Part shown: piece after piece, positions 48,196 through 58,254 of the stretch
Layout of the letters: the number at the start of each line of letters is the position of its first letter
Numbering within the stretch: position 1 is the first letter of the stretch
Assembly (NCBI GenBank): GCA_965204745.1
Contig: OZ242010.1
Span: 352,001 to 416,000 of the forward strand
DNA from: Candidatus Latescibacterota bacterium
GTDB lineage: Bacteria; Latescibacterota; UBA2968
DNA: 64,000 nucleotides
Direction: 5' to 3'
Made by a program: the position numbers and the translations under genes
Notes under the pieces: generated by a model
Databases searched by the model: none
What the model saw: the letters and a program-made list of their open reading frames with translations, nothing else
Told to the model about the DNA's origin: nothing

Positions 48196-49368
48196 CTATT
48201 CGTCCGAGAATCGTTTGAACCTGAAAAACCGACGCAACTGGTCGCACAATCGCGCGAGATGTGCAACCGCCTCGTCAACCTCTTCCATTGTGTTGAACTC
48301 CGAAAAGCTAAACCGGATACTCGAGTATGCCTCGGGTTCGGAAAGGCCCATTGCACGCAACACGTACGAGGGTTCGGGCCGCTGATTGGTGCATGCAGAA
48401 CTCTGTGAACACCGGACCCCTTCTCGATCCAACCGCGCCACGAGTGCCTGACCATCCACACCGCGAAACAGCAAATTGGTCGTATTGCCAACCCGCGCAC
48501 TGGGATCGCCGTTAATCGCCACATCGGGCACGCGCTCCATGACGGACTGCTCAAAACGGTCCCGAAGTGAAGCCGTAAATTCTCGCACGGCCGCGAACCG
48601 ATCCAATCGCACTTTGGCTGCGGTTCCCATGCCAATAATGCCTGGTACATTTTCTGTTCCCGGGCGCAACCCACCTTCTTGAGTCCCGCCCCAGAGCAAC
48701 GGGAATAACGCTTTGGTCGCTTTTACATACATTGCCCCAATCCCCTGTGGGCCGTGGAATTTATGCGCGGTAAAAGTCAAAAAATCAATGGGCAGTTCCG
48801 CTATTGAGATGGGCAACTTGCCAACGGCCTGCGCCGCATCCGTGTGAAATAAGACCCCTCGGGATCGACAAAGCCGCGCAATTTGTTCAATGGGCGAAAT
48901 CGCGCCCGTCTCATTATTGACCCATTGCACGGAGACCAAATCGGTATTTGGCGAGATGGCGTTGTCCAGCATTGCCCAATCCAACTGCCCACAGCGATCC
49001 ACGGGTATAGCTACGACCTCAACGCCTGTTGTGCCGAGATAGTCACACATTTTCACAATAGACGAGTGTTCCACAGTCGTCGTCACAATGCGAACCGGTT
49101 GTTGTGCGCGTTGCACAACCGAATTAAAGACCGTGTTGTTGGCCTCGGTGCCACTTCCCGTAAAGACGAGTTGATCGGCCGCGGCACCGATCAACTTTGC
49201 CACGGCCTCACGCGCTACAACCATGGCTTCGCGCACGCGGTCGCCTGCTGAATGCGCGCTCGACGGATTGCCAAAATCCGCGCCCAAAACGCGCATCATC
49301 GCCTCGCGGACTTCGGGCAATGGTTGCGTCGTGGCGTTGTTGTCCAAATATATTTCGCGTCTCATCAT
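48196..49368 (-). CDS. sspA: Cysteine desulfurase (IscS/SspA/DndA-like)
   Basis: YLDNNATT, GNPSS, HTDAAQ, TAHKFHGP (PLP lysine), SQSSAC (catalytic Cys). Confidence 0.9.
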   Translation of the reverse strand: MMRREIYLDNNATTQPLPEVREAMMRVLGADFGNPSSAHSAGDRVREAMVVAREAVAKLIGAAADQLVFTGSGTEANNTVFNSVVQRAQQPVRIVTTTVEHSSIVKMCDYLGTTGVEVVAIPVDRCGQLDWAMLDNAISPNTDLVSVQWVNNETGAISPIEQIARLCRSRGVLFHTDAAQAVGKLPISIAELPIDFLTFTAHKFHGPQGIGAMYVKATKALFPLLWGGTQEGGLRPGTENVPGIIGMGTAAKVRLDRFAAVREFTASLRDRFEQSVMERVPDVAINGDPSARVGNTTNLLFRGVDGQALVARLDREGVRCSQSSACTNQRPEPSYVLRAMGLSEPEAYSSIRFSFSEFNTMEEVDEAVAHLARLCDQLRRFFRFKRFSDE

Positions 49369-49530
49369 GTTAAAATATCGTTACGAGAGGCGAGATTCGT
49401 CAACAAAAAAAACGGACGCAACCCATCCGCGACATTTAATCCCGCGTCTCATGCTCGGAAATTGCGGCTGAAAATTTTTCGATCACATCGGGGGCGAATT
49501 GGACGGATCGACCAGTAGAAAAAATAATTA

Positions 49531-50610
49531 TAGGACTTACGCAAAAAAGAACGAGATCGCCCCCCCATCCTCACATTGGAGGTCTGTATGGCGAAACCAA
49601 CGCGCCTGGATTACTGCCAGTATTTGCTTAGTAGTCCGCACAACTATACCCTGACTCATTTCGCAGATCACAGCGACCGGTTCACGCATGATATGCTCAA
49701 CCGCACGCTGGGTGGGGATCGCGTCTCGCCGCGTGAGATCTGGAAAAACGTCAAACCCCACCTCACGTTGACCGCAAAGGGCGTGGTTCTCTTTGATGAT
49801 ACGGTCCAAGACAAGCGCTATGCGAAAAAGATGGCCCTCGTGCGTCGGCAATACAGTGGCAATGCGAAGGGGGTCATCAATGGGATCGGTGTGGTGACGT
49901 GTGTGTATGTCAATCCGGTTACCGATCCGTTTTGGTTGATTGACTATCGCATTGACGACCCAGAAGGGGACGGAAAAACCAAGTTAGACCACGTCAAAGA
50001 GATGTTGTCACTCTTGGTCTCTCACAAAAAGCTGCCTTTTGATCGGGTGGTGATGGATACTTGGTATGCCACCAAAGCGGTCATGCTTCACATTGAGCAC
50101 TTGCAAAAGACCTATTACTGTCCTATTAAAAAGAATCGCCTCGTGGACGATTCGGGAGGTGAAAACCCCTATCAACGGGTCGATGCCTTAACTTGGACAA
50201 AACGCGAACAGGCCACAGGGAAACGCATTAAACTCAGAGGGTTCCCCAAAAACCATAAGGTGAACGTATTCCGGGTTGCATCTCCTACGGGACGCACGGC
50301 GTATATCGTAACCAACGACTTGACGCAAACCGACCCGTCGGTGGCACAAGCGGTGTGCCACTTGCGTTGGAAGATTGAGCAAGTTCACCGGGAAGCAAAA
50401 CAGGTAACGGGGCTTGAAAAGTGTCAATGCCGATTGGCACGCATTGTGCGAAACCATATTGCGTGTGCCTTTCTCGTTTGGGGACGACTGACTCAAGTCG
50501 CCCATCAGACCGGACAAACCATCTATCAAGTCAAACATGGCTTATGGGAGGACTATTTGAGACAACAACTCAAAACACCGGCGATACCAATGACCCTGGC
50601 GTAAGTCCTA
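49531..50610 (+). mobile_element. IS701-like insertion sequence
   Basis: Terminal inverted repeats TAGGACTTACGC / GCGTAAGTCCTA; AATTA on both flanks (49526-49530, 50611-50615). Confidence 0.88.
49588..50604 (+). CDS. DDE transposase (IS701-like)
   Basis: FDDTVQDK, MDTWYA, RWKIEQVHREAKQ..G.EKCQCR; GGAGG RBS. Confidence 0.9.
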   Translation: MAKPTRLDYCQYLLSSPHNYTLTHFADHSDRFTHDMLNRTLGGDRVSPREIWKNVKPHLTLTAKGVVLFDDTVQDKRYAKKMALVRRQYSGNAKGVINGIGVVTCVYVNPVTDPFWLIDYRIDDPEGDGKTKLDHVKEMLSLLVSHKKLPFDRVVMDTWYATKAVMLHIEHLQKTYYCPIKKNRLVDDSGGENPYQRVDALTWTKREQATGKRIKLRGFPKNHKVNVFRVASPTGRTAYIVTNDLTQTDPSVAQAVCHLRWKIEQVHREAKQVTGLEKCQCRLARIVRNHIACAFLVWGRLTQVAHQTGQTIYQVKHGLWEDYLRQQLKTPAIPMTLA

Positions 50611-50642
50611 AATTATTTGCCCCTACTCATTTTTTTTGGTGA

Positions 50643-53237
50643 TCAAAACTGGTATTCGCGTTTGGTTTTGGGTTGGTCGGTCGGGGGGAGGGTTTGGGGG
50701 TTGGTGGCGTGGATTGGGCAGGGGCGTTTGGGTTCGGTGCCGGGCTTAAATACTTCGAGGTAGCGTTTGGCGCAATAGATGGACGCGACTTGGTACGTGT
50801 CCCCGCAGATTTCCACCTGTGGAATGTTGGGGGGCAAGGCGAAATCTTCGACCGGTAGATCGAGGATGTCGTGGGCGCGTTTCATGAACTCGGCCCAAAT
50901 CGGCAGGGCCACGCTTGCGCCGGACATGCGGCTGCCCATCGACACCTTGGAATCGAATCCCACCCACACGCCGCACGCGATTTGCGGGGTAAAGCCGATG
51001 AACCACGCGTCGGCGTAATTCTGCGTGGTGCCGGTCTTGCCGGCCGCGGGACGGCGAAACCCGTAGGCCGTGCGCGCGCTGCGTCCCGTGCCATTCAAAA
51101 TCGCGTCATTGTGGCCTTGGCGCATGTCCAGCACAGAGCGCAACAAATTCACGGTGACCGCGGCGGTTTCCTCGGTCAACACGGCGCGTTCGCGGCCTTG
51201 AAAATTCTCTTCCAGCACATTGCCGTTCTTGTCCTCAATTTTCAGCACGGTGACCGGGGCCACGCGAATGCCCTTGTTGCTCAACGTGCCGTACGCGGAC
51301 ACCAGTTCCAGCAACTTGACCTCGCTCGTGCCCATGCCCAAGGACAACACCGGGAAAATGCGCGAATCGATGCCCATTTTTTGCGCGTATTGCACCGCGG
51401 TTTTCGGCCCCACCTTTTGCAACACCTTTGTCGTTATCACATTGCGCGACCCGGCCAACCCCTCGCGCATGGTCATCCAGCCCAAAAATTTGTGGTCGTA
51501 ATTCTCCGGTTGCCAATACGTGCCGTCGAACATTTTGATGGAGACCGCCGTATCCGGCAACTTCCAGGTGGGCGCGTAGCCCTCGTCGATTGCCGCGGCG
51601 TAAATGAACGGCTTAAAAGAAGACCCCGGCTGCCGCAGGGCTTGTGTCGCACGGTTGAACTTGCTCTCCTCAAAATCCTGGCCTCCCACCATCGCCAAGA
51701 TATGCCCGGTGCGCGGATCGAGCGCGACCAACGCGCCTTGCAACACCAAATTGGCGAGGGTATCCCGCCGCGTCTTGATGTTGTCGAAAAACGCCTGGTC
51801 GGGCGGATTGTATTTCCAGTTGGCCGCCACGCGGTCTTTGAGTTGCCCGGTCACCTTGCGCGACACCACCTCTTCGGCGATGCGCTGCAACCGACTGTCC
51901 AACGCGGTCTGCACAGTCGCGCCGTCGTAAAGCACATTTACCCCGTAAGTGCGTTCCAAGTACTTGCGGATGTACTCGGTAAAATACGGGGCTTGACCGA
52001 TCTCTTCGGGGTGCGGTGCCAAAACGATGGGGCGTTGCAGGGCATCCCGATACTCCGCCTCGGCGATCTTGCCCGCCTGATACATGTTGTACAGCACCAC
52101 ATTGTCGCGCCTGTCCCGTGCGCGTTGCGGCCGATAAAGGGGCGAATAGGTGGTCGGCCCTTTCAAAAGCCCGACCAACAACGCGCTTTCCTCCAGCGTC
52201 AAATTTTCGGTATTTTTGCCAAAGAATCGGCGTGTAGCCGTCTGGATGCCGTACGCGCTATTGCCAAAATAGACTTGATTAAAATACATCGTGATGAGTT
52301 CGCGCTTGGTATAGGTGCGCTCCAAAAGCACGGCGGTCAGTTGCTCTTGGATTTTGCGTTTCCACGTTGGATCCAACGTCAAAAAAATGTTGCGCGCCAG
52401 TTGTTGCGTGACGGTACTCGCGCCGTGCCCCATCAATGTGCCGGACACCGTGACATTGCGAAACACCACGCGCATAATATCGGGAATGCTCACGCCCCAG
52501 TGTTGCCAGAACCGGCGGTCTTCTGTGGCAATCAGGGCGTCAATCGCGGTTTGGGGCAGTTGGTCAAATGCGATGGGATCGCGCCGTTGCACCCAAAACT
52601 TTTTCAACTCGACCCCATCTTGGGAAAAAATGTGGGTCGTCTGCGCGGGATCCACATCCTCGAGTTTTTCAAACGACGGCAGACCATCTTTGTGCGTGTA
52701 AATGACCACGGCCGCAATGACCGGGTACATCACCACGCAAATCGCACAGTAGCGCGCAACGCGCTTGAGATAGGGGTGCAACCATGGGGGAATGGAGAGG
52801 GTTTTCAAGGATCGCAACCATGAGCGGATCGCACAGTAGCGTACAACGCGCTTGAGATAGGGTTGCAACCATGCGGGGATGGAGAGGGTTTTCAAGGATC
52901 GCAACCATGAGCGGATCGCACAGTAGCGCGCAACGCGCTTGAGATAGGGGTGCAACCATGCGGAGATGGAGAGGGTTTTCAAGGATCGCAACCATGTGGA
53001 GATCGCACAGTAGCGCGCAACGCGCTTGAGATAGGGGTGCAACCATGCGGAGATGGAGAGGGTTTTCAAGGATCGCAACCATGTGGAGATCGCACAGTAG
53101 CGCGCAACGCGCTTGAGATAGGGGTGTAGCCATGGGAGGATGGAGAGGGTTTTCAAGGATCGCAACCATGAGCGGATCGCACAGTAGCGCGCAACGCGCT
53201 TGAGATAGGGGTGCAACCATGCGGGGATATTTTTCAT
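50643..53237 (-). CDS. Class A penicillin-binding protein (PBP1A) with tandem-repeat N-terminus
   Basis: Transglycosylase EDRRF..H.G and GASTVTQQL; transpeptidase SSFK, SRN, KTG. Confidence 0.95.
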   Translation of the reverse strand: MKNIPAWLHPYLKRVARYCAIRSWLRSLKTLSILPWLHPYLKRVARYCAISTWLRSLKTLSISAWLHPYLKRVARYCAISTWLRSLKTLSISAWLHPYLKRVARYCAIRSWLRSLKTLSIPAWLQPYLKRVVRYCAIRSWLRSLKTLSIPPWLHPYLKRVARYCAICVVMYPVIAAVVIYTHKDGLPSFEKLEDVDPAQTTHIFSQDGVELKKFWVQRRDPIAFDQLPQTAIDALIATEDRRFWQHWGVSIPDIMRVVFRNVTVSGTLMGHGASTVTQQLARNIFLTLDPTWKRKIQEQLTAVLLERTYTKRELITMYFNQVYFGNSAYGIQTATRRFFGKNTENLTLEESALLVGLLKGPTTYSPLYRPQRARDRRDNVVLYNMYQAGKIAEAEYRDALQRPIVLAPHPEEIGQAPYFTEYIRKYLERTYGVNVLYDGATVQTALDSRLQRIAEEVVSRKVTGQLKDRVAANWKYNPPDQAFFDNIKTRRDTLANLVLQGALVALDPRTGHILAMVGGQDFEESKFNRATQALRQPGSSFKPFIYAAAIDEGYAPTWKLPDTAVSIKMFDGTYWQPENYDHKFLGWMTMREGLAGSRNVITTKVLQKVGPKTAVQYAQKMGIDSRIFPVLSLGMGTSEVKLLELVSAYGTLSNKGIRVAPVTVLKIEDKNGNVLEENFQGRERAVLTEETAAVTVNLLRSVLDMRQGHNDAILNGTGRSARTAYGFRRPAAGKTGTTQNYADAWFIGFTPQIACGVWVGFDSKVSMGSRMSGASVALPIWAEFMKRAHDILDLPVEDFALPPNIPQVEICGDTYQVASIYCAKRYLEVFKPGTEPKRPCPIHATNPQTLPPTDQPKTKREYQF
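52740..53228 (-). repeat. In-frame 87-bp (29-aa) tandem repeat, 5 full units plus 1 partial
   Basis: Unit IPAWLHPYLKRVARYCAIRSWLRSLKTLS with few substitutions. Confidence 0.95.
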
Positions 53238-53289
53238 GGATATTTATCCGTTTCAGGCTTCGCCTGTGATGGCTTATAGCTATAGTTGC

Positions 53290-53905
53290 TCGGATGGCAT
53301 TGGGCGAGGGGACCTATCCCCCGGCCCCTTTCCTACAAGGAAAGGGGAGTAAAATTCCTTTGAGGGCTTCTAGCTCTAGCTGCTCTGATGGCGTTGGGGG
53401 ACCTATCCCCCGGCCCCTTTCCTACGAGGAAAGGGGAGTAAAGCTCCTTTGAGGGCTTATCGCTCCGGTTGCTCTGATGGCGTTGCGTTGCGCGAGGGCA
53501 TAAAGCGATCAGAAATCCCTCATCAATCCTCTCGCAAAACCGCTCACTGTTCCCCCCTTCCTCGCAGGAAGGGGGGTTAGGGGGGTAGGTCCCGATAGGG
53601 CATAAAGCGATTAAAAACCCCTCATCAATCCCCTCGCAAAACCGCTCACTGTTCCCCCCTTGTATCTTCGGGCGAGCACGGGGGCCTATCCCTACGGGAC
53701 TTAGGGTTGGGTGGTGACGGGGTTGTCTCACCTCTCACCTATCCCGTCTCACCTCTCACCGAAGGGCGTTGGGCGGTGGCGGGGTTGTCTCACCTCTCCC
53801 GTCTCACCTCTCACCGAAGGGCGTTGGGCGGTGGCGGGGTTGCCTCACCTATCCCGTCTCACCTCTCACCGAAGGGCGTTGGGCGGGGCGGGAACTAACC
53901 ACTGC
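53290..53905. repeat. Dense REP/tandem repeat cluster
   Basis: 2x GGGACCTATCCCCCGGCCCCTTTCCTAC.AGGAAAGGGG; 2x AGGGCATAAAGCGAT...CGCAAAACCGCTCACTGTTCCCCC; 3x CCGTCTCACCTCTCACCGAAGGGCGTTGGGCGG. Confidence 0.85.
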
Positions 53906-53906
53906 C

Positions 53907-55499
53907 TCAATCCGGATACAGCCACGGCACGCGGCGAATAATGTGATCGCGTTGTTCCTGCATCATGACCTCGATCACGGTGGGGCCTTCGAGCCCGAGG
54001 GTATCGGCGAACACGGACGCGAATCGGTCGGGATTATCCACGCGAATGCCCCGCGCGCCCAGAGACCGCGCTAGGTCCGCGAGTTGGGGCGTTTGCATGT
54101 CCGTGTCGATCACGCGGCCGTCAAAGGCTTTGGCTTGCGCGCCGCGAATCGCCGAGAGGCTGCCATCATTGGAAACCACGCACACGGTCTCAATGCCGTG
54201 TTCGGCGGCGGTGGCGAGTTCGCTCGCGGTCATCTGAAAGCCGCCATCCCCGCAAAACGCAATGACCTGTTGGCGCGGGCACGCGAGTTTGGCACCGATG
54301 GCAGCGGGCACGGCAAAGCCCAGCGTGACCGAGTGGCTCGGGTAGAGAAACGTGCGCGGATGGGCGATGGGATATTCGTCAAAGGCGCGATAGCCAATGG
54401 ACGTGACATCCACCACGATGATCGCATCATCGGGCAGCGCGTTGCGGGTCGCGCTCATGATGGGGATGGGCGGGCGGTTGGCCGCGACCTCAATGCGGTC
54501 GCCCCAAGCCGCCGCATAATCGCCCGTGGCTTCGGCCAGTTGGGGAATGGATTGCGCGAGATCCCCAGCGGCGCCGACTTCGATGGGATATTCGCGGCCG
54601 AGTTCCTTCGGATCCGGGTCGAGTTGGATTTTCCTCTCCGGCAGGCGGAGCGTCCAACTGCGCGTGTCGATCTGCGTGAACCTACACCCTATCGCCAAGA
54701 GCAAATCCGCATTGCCCAACACGTCTTGCCCGGCTTTGGCAGAACAGTGCCCCACGGCGAGGAGATGGCTGTCCGGGATGACCCCCTTACCCAAGCGGGT
54801 ATAGACCACCGGCAGATGGCATTGCTCCGCGAGTGAACAAAGCGCGGCTGTGGCATCGGCGTGGATGACCGCGCCGCCCGCGAGGATGACCGGGCGGTTG
54901 GCCGAGCGAAGGGCGTGGGCCGCCTGCGCGATGTCCGCGCTGTGCGAGCATGGGCGTTCTCCTTCGACCAGCGGGGGAATGTCCGCTGTGCCCTCGGCCG
55001 CGGCGATATCGGTCGGCAATTCGATCACCGCAGGGCCAGGGCGCGGGGCGCGCAATGCTCGGAACGCGCCGACGACCGCGTCGGGGATTTCCGCGATGGA
55101 CTTGGGCCGCGCAAAAAAGCGCGTGATGGGTTCAAAAAAGGATTCTTGGTCCAAGCCGTGAAAACACTTGGCGCGATCCCGTGCGTCAAATGCCACTTCA
55201 GTGCCGCCGGTGATCAGCAACACCGGGACGCAATCGGTGTGGGCATCCACAAGGCCCGTGGAGGCATTGGTCGATCCAGGGCCCGGAACCGTGAGCGCGG
55301 CCCCCACGCGCCCGGATGCGCGGGCATAGCCATTCGCGATCAGGGTCGCGCCCTGCTCGTGCCGGATGAGCAGATGGCGAATCCCTCCCGCGCGCAACAC
55401 CGCGTCGTAGAGGTGAATATTCTGGTTGCCGGGCATGCCGGTCAGGGTATCAATGCCCTGCACTTTCAGGCTTTGGATGAGAACATCGGCTCCGGTCAT
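53907..55499 (-). CDS. Thiamine-diphosphate-binding enzyme (acetolactate synthase-like)
   Basis: GMPG, RHEQGA, GPGSTN, GDGGFQMT...ND. Confidence 0.9.
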   Translation of the reverse strand: MTGADVLIQSLKVQGIDTLTGMPGNQNIHLYDAVLRAGGIRHLLIRHEQGATLIANGYARASGRVGAALTVPGPGSTNASTGLVDAHTDCVPVLLITGGTEVAFDARDRAKCFHGLDQESFFEPITRFFARPKSIAEIPDAVVGAFRALRAPRPGPAVIELPTDIAAAEGTADIPPLVEGERPCSHSADIAQAAHALRSANRPVILAGGAVIHADATAALCSLAEQCHLPVVYTRLGKGVIPDSHLLAVGHCSAKAGQDVLGNADLLLAIGCRFTQIDTRSWTLRLPERKIQLDPDPKELGREYPIEVGAAGDLAQSIPQLAEATGDYAAAWGDRIEVAANRPPIPIMSATRNALPDDAIIVVDVTSIGYRAFDEYPIAHPRTFLYPSHSVTLGFAVPAAIGAKLACPRQQVIAFCGDGGFQMTASELATAAEHGIETVCVVSNDGSLSAIRGAQAKAFDGRVIDTDMQTPQLADLARSLGARGIRVDNPDRFASVFADTLGLEGPTVIEVMMQEQRDHIIRRVPWLYPD

Positions 55500-55561
55500 G
55501 AGTTATCCTTTAAGGGTAAGATGTGAGAAGTCATGGCGCAACATGCCCCAGATTGAATGGC

Positions 55562-55588
55562 GTAGGGGGCTATAATTATAGCCCCTAC
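55562..55588. repeat. GTAG-type REP palindrome overlapping the glycosyltransferase stop codon
   Basis: GTAGGGGGC-TATAATTATA-GCCCCTAC. Confidence 0.7.
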
Positions 55589-56670
55589 TTTGCAAAAAGA
55601 GCGACGTATTCCGCTGCGGTTTTGTCCCAGGTAAATTCCGTACGGACGTACTCGCGGGCCTCGCGCTCGATTTGGGCGCGTTCTTTGGGGGAAAGGCGAA
55701 AGAAAGCGTGGATTTGATCGGCGAATGCCGCGTAGTCGTTGGGGGGAATGAGGTACCCGCCTTTGCGGACGCTTTCGGGCAGTGCGTCAACCGCGAAGAC
55801 CACCGCGGGGGTGCCGTCGTACATGCATTCGAGTTGCGCGATGCCACAGCCCTCGATGTCATTGGGATAGGGCACGTTGGGCATGATGAACAGGTCCGCT
55901 TCTCTGCGGATCATGCCGAGTTCTTCATCGCTGAGGTAGAGGAGGAACACGCGGTCTTGCAGATCGTTTTCTTCCCAAATTCTGCGAATGCGCGCCGCGT
56001 CCGGTCCCGTGCCGCTGATGATGAGTTTGATGTGCGGGTCGAGCAAGGGCAGGCCGCGTTCCAAGAATTGGGCCATGCCTTTGCGGGGGACTTGTCTGCC
56101 GAAGTTGAGGAGGATTTTGTCGCGCCCGAATCGAATGCCATGCTCGGCTTCAAACCGCGCTTTGAGGTCCCCGCGTTGCGATTCGGGAATGCTCGGCGGG
56201 TCGATGCCGAGGTAGATGATGGCGATTTTCTCATCGGGCACGCCAGCGCGCAGGGCGACTTCTCGGGTCTTTTGACTGATGACCGCCACCTTGTCGCACG
56301 CCGAGACCCCATAGCGCATCAGCCGGCTCAATATGGGATGGGCGTAGGTCATTTCCAAGCCGTAAATGGTCACGACAAATCGTGCGCGCGTCAAGGGCCG
56401 CAGAAATGGCGCGATAGAACAGATCACGCCGTCCGAAAAATAAATGACCTCCACGCGCCTGAAGATCACTTGAAAAAACGCGAGGAGAAAGGCGTAGGGC
56501 ACGAACCAACCGAGGTGCCACAGCGCGTTTTTGCCCAGCGCGACCAGTTTGACCGGGTGCGATTCCGCGAGGCGGCGATAGAGGTTGTAACAGTGCGTTT
56601 CTATCCCCCCCACACTCGGCGGATACCGCCGCGCGAGAAAGAGGATGCGAGGAGTGTTTTGAGGAGACAT
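55585..56670 (-). CDS. Glycosyltransferase family 4
   Basis: Probable start at 56670; YPPSVGGIE, GRQVPRKG, EGCGIAQLE, FTWD. Confidence 0.88.
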   Translation of the reverse strand: MSPQNTPRILFLARRYPPSVGGIETHCYNLYRRLAESHPVKLVALGKNALWHLGWFVPYAFLLAFFQVIFRRVEVIYFSDGVICSIAPFLRPLTRARFVVTIYGLEMTYAHPILSRLMRYGVSACDKVAVISQKTREVALRAGVPDEKIAIIYLGIDPPSIPESQRGDLKARFEAEHGIRFGRDKILLNFGRQVPRKGMAQFLERGLPLLDPHIKLIISGTGPDAARIRRIWEENDLQDRVFLLYLSDEELGMIRREADLFIMPNVPYPNDIEGCGIAQLECMYDGTPAVVFAVDALPESVRKGGYLIPPNDYAAFADQIHAFFRLSPKERAQIEREAREYVRTEFTWDKTAAEYVALFAK

Positions 56671-56680
56671 AGAAAATGAA

Positions 56681-57037
56681 TTAGGTCGTGTTGACATTTT
56701 ATTTTTTGACGTTACACACAGAGTAGCAGATGTGTTGTGTTGCTTGCCCATTAATGCGTTTGGTCCTACAGCCTCGTTGGTTGCCTTTGATGCCTTCGGC
56801 GACTTACTTTTTTTCAACAGCAAAAAAAAGTAAGCAAAAAATGCCGCTCTCAAACGCCGAGAGGCTTGCACAGCGCAAAACGCTTTTGTAACAGAACGAT
56901 ATGCGCCAGCCTGCAAAGTGGGTTGCAAGATGGACGTTGGTTGCGAGACGGACTTGCGCGCTGTGCGTGATGGCTTTAGCTGATGGTCTTTTGCGATGGC
57001 ACTTATTGGGATGCCTTCTTTGAACTGCGGAACGTCA
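56681..57037. mobile_element. ~350-bp MITE-like repeat, copy 2 (inverted)
   Basis: Begins TTAGGTCGTGTTGACATTT; reverse-complement homologue of 24179-24532. Confidence 0.7.
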
Positions 57038-57189
57038 GTGAATACGATGAGCGTGGTAGCAAAAGGCGAGAAATCTGAAGGAGCGACTGTCCGAGTTTCT
57101 CAAACCGAGAGCATATCCTGCGATAGTCCGTTCAAAGGCGAGCAGTGAGTGTAGGTCTTCTCCCGTCTTGCCTCTCACCTCTCACCTTT

Positions 57190-58254
57190 TTAGGGGATAG
57201 GGTGAATATCCGCTCGTTTTTCGCGGCGGGCGAGTTCGCGGTTGGCTTTTTCTCGGTCCGCTTGGGTTTTCAGCGGGATGGTGGTCGCGCCCGGGCACGG
57301 TTTGGGATAGAGGATGCGGCTGGCGCCTGCGCGTTTGACGGCTTTGACCACGGGGATTATGTCCGGCGCGAGCGCGATGATCGTGCCCCCGCCGCCCGCG
57401 CCCGCGAGTTTCGCGCCGAGCGCGCCCGCGTCGCGTGCGGCTCGAATGAGGCACTCATTTTCCGGGCCCGATCCGCCCAGGTCGCGTTGGATGTCGTGGT
57501 TTTCGGTCATGAGCGCGCCTAGGCGGTGCCAGTCCTTGGCGAGGAGGGCGCGTTTGCCCATGCGCGCGAGGTGGGCGATGCGGAGATAGCACCGCCGAAC
57601 TTCTCGGTCGCCTTCCCACCAGCGTTCTCGAATGGGCAGATGCACGGTGCCGGATGAGCGTTGCACGCCCGTGTGCGCCAACACAAAGGGGTGCTCCGAG
57701 ACGTAGGCGTGCAGCGGTTCGACGGTCGCATAGGGTTCGTCGCCAAATGCGCGGTAGAATTGCTTGCCGTTGAAATCCATGTAATTCAACCCCCCGAACA
57801 TGCACATATAGGCGTCTTGGTACCCGCACAATGCCATGTAGTTGAGTTCGATGTGGCGCGCCATTTCCGCGCGAAAAAAGGGGTGTTCATCCCGGTTGAG
57901 AAAGGCGAAAATGGCGTTGAGAATGGAGACGCTCATCGCCGACGAACTGGAAAGCCCGGCCGCAAAGGGCACGTCGCACGCCCAACGCAAGGAGAATTTC
58001 GCACGGCCCAAGTCGAGAAAATCGATGATGGCTTTGGCGACGTCAAAATAGCCCCCGTCTGGATAGAGGTCTTCGGGACGATGCACTTCAAAGCATTGCC
58101 CGGCCACTTCAAAACGGAGGATGTCGGCCGGTTCGATGAGCACGGCTGCGCGTTCTTGCGTGGAACAAGAGATGACGCTGCCGCCGTACATGTCCGTGGG
58201 ATTGCCGATGATGCCACACCGCCCTGGCGCGGTGGAGAGAAACGCATGGGTCAT
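57190..58254 (-). CDS. GHMP family sugar kinase (glucuronokinase-like)
   Basis: APGRCGIIGNPTD, PFAAGLSSSS, GAKLAGAGGGG. Confidence 0.85.
   Translation of the reverse strand: MTHAFLSTAPGRCGIIGNPTDMYGGSVISCSTQERAAVLIEPADILRFEVAGQCFEVHRPEDLYPDGGYFDVAKAIIDFLDLGRAKFSLRWACDVPFAAGLSSSSAMSVSILNAIFAFLNRDEHPFFRAEMARHIELNYMALCGYQDAYMCMFGGLNYMDFNGKQFYRAFGDEPYATVEPLHAYVSEHPFVLAHTGVQRSSGTVHLPIRERWWEGDREVRRCYLRIAHLARMGKRALLAKDWHRLGALMTENHDIQRDLGGSGPENECLIRAARDAGALGAKLAGAGGGGTIIALAPDIIPVVKAVKRAGASRILYPKPCPGATTIPLKTQADREKANRELARREKRADIHPIP

Noticed and set aside
43116-49368. BREX type 4
   Set aside because: It shares DUF4007, ATPase and PAPS-reductase components, but no PglZ or BrxL is recognisable; gene order with a desulfurase fits SspABCD.
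1301-52823. Long plus-strand ORFs (e.g. 6098..8269, 8555..10183, 20635..22176, 50871..52823)
   Set aside because: Antisense shadows of well-supported minus-strand genes in GC-rich DNA, with no recognisable motifs.
52740-53228. CRISPR array
   Set aside because: Units are contiguous 87-bp repeats without unique spacers, stay in frame in a PBP gene, and no cas genes are present.
56671-56928. N-terminal extension of the glycosyltransferase
   Set aside because: It translates the MITE-like repeat; the same peptide appears from the 24.3-24.5 kb copy.
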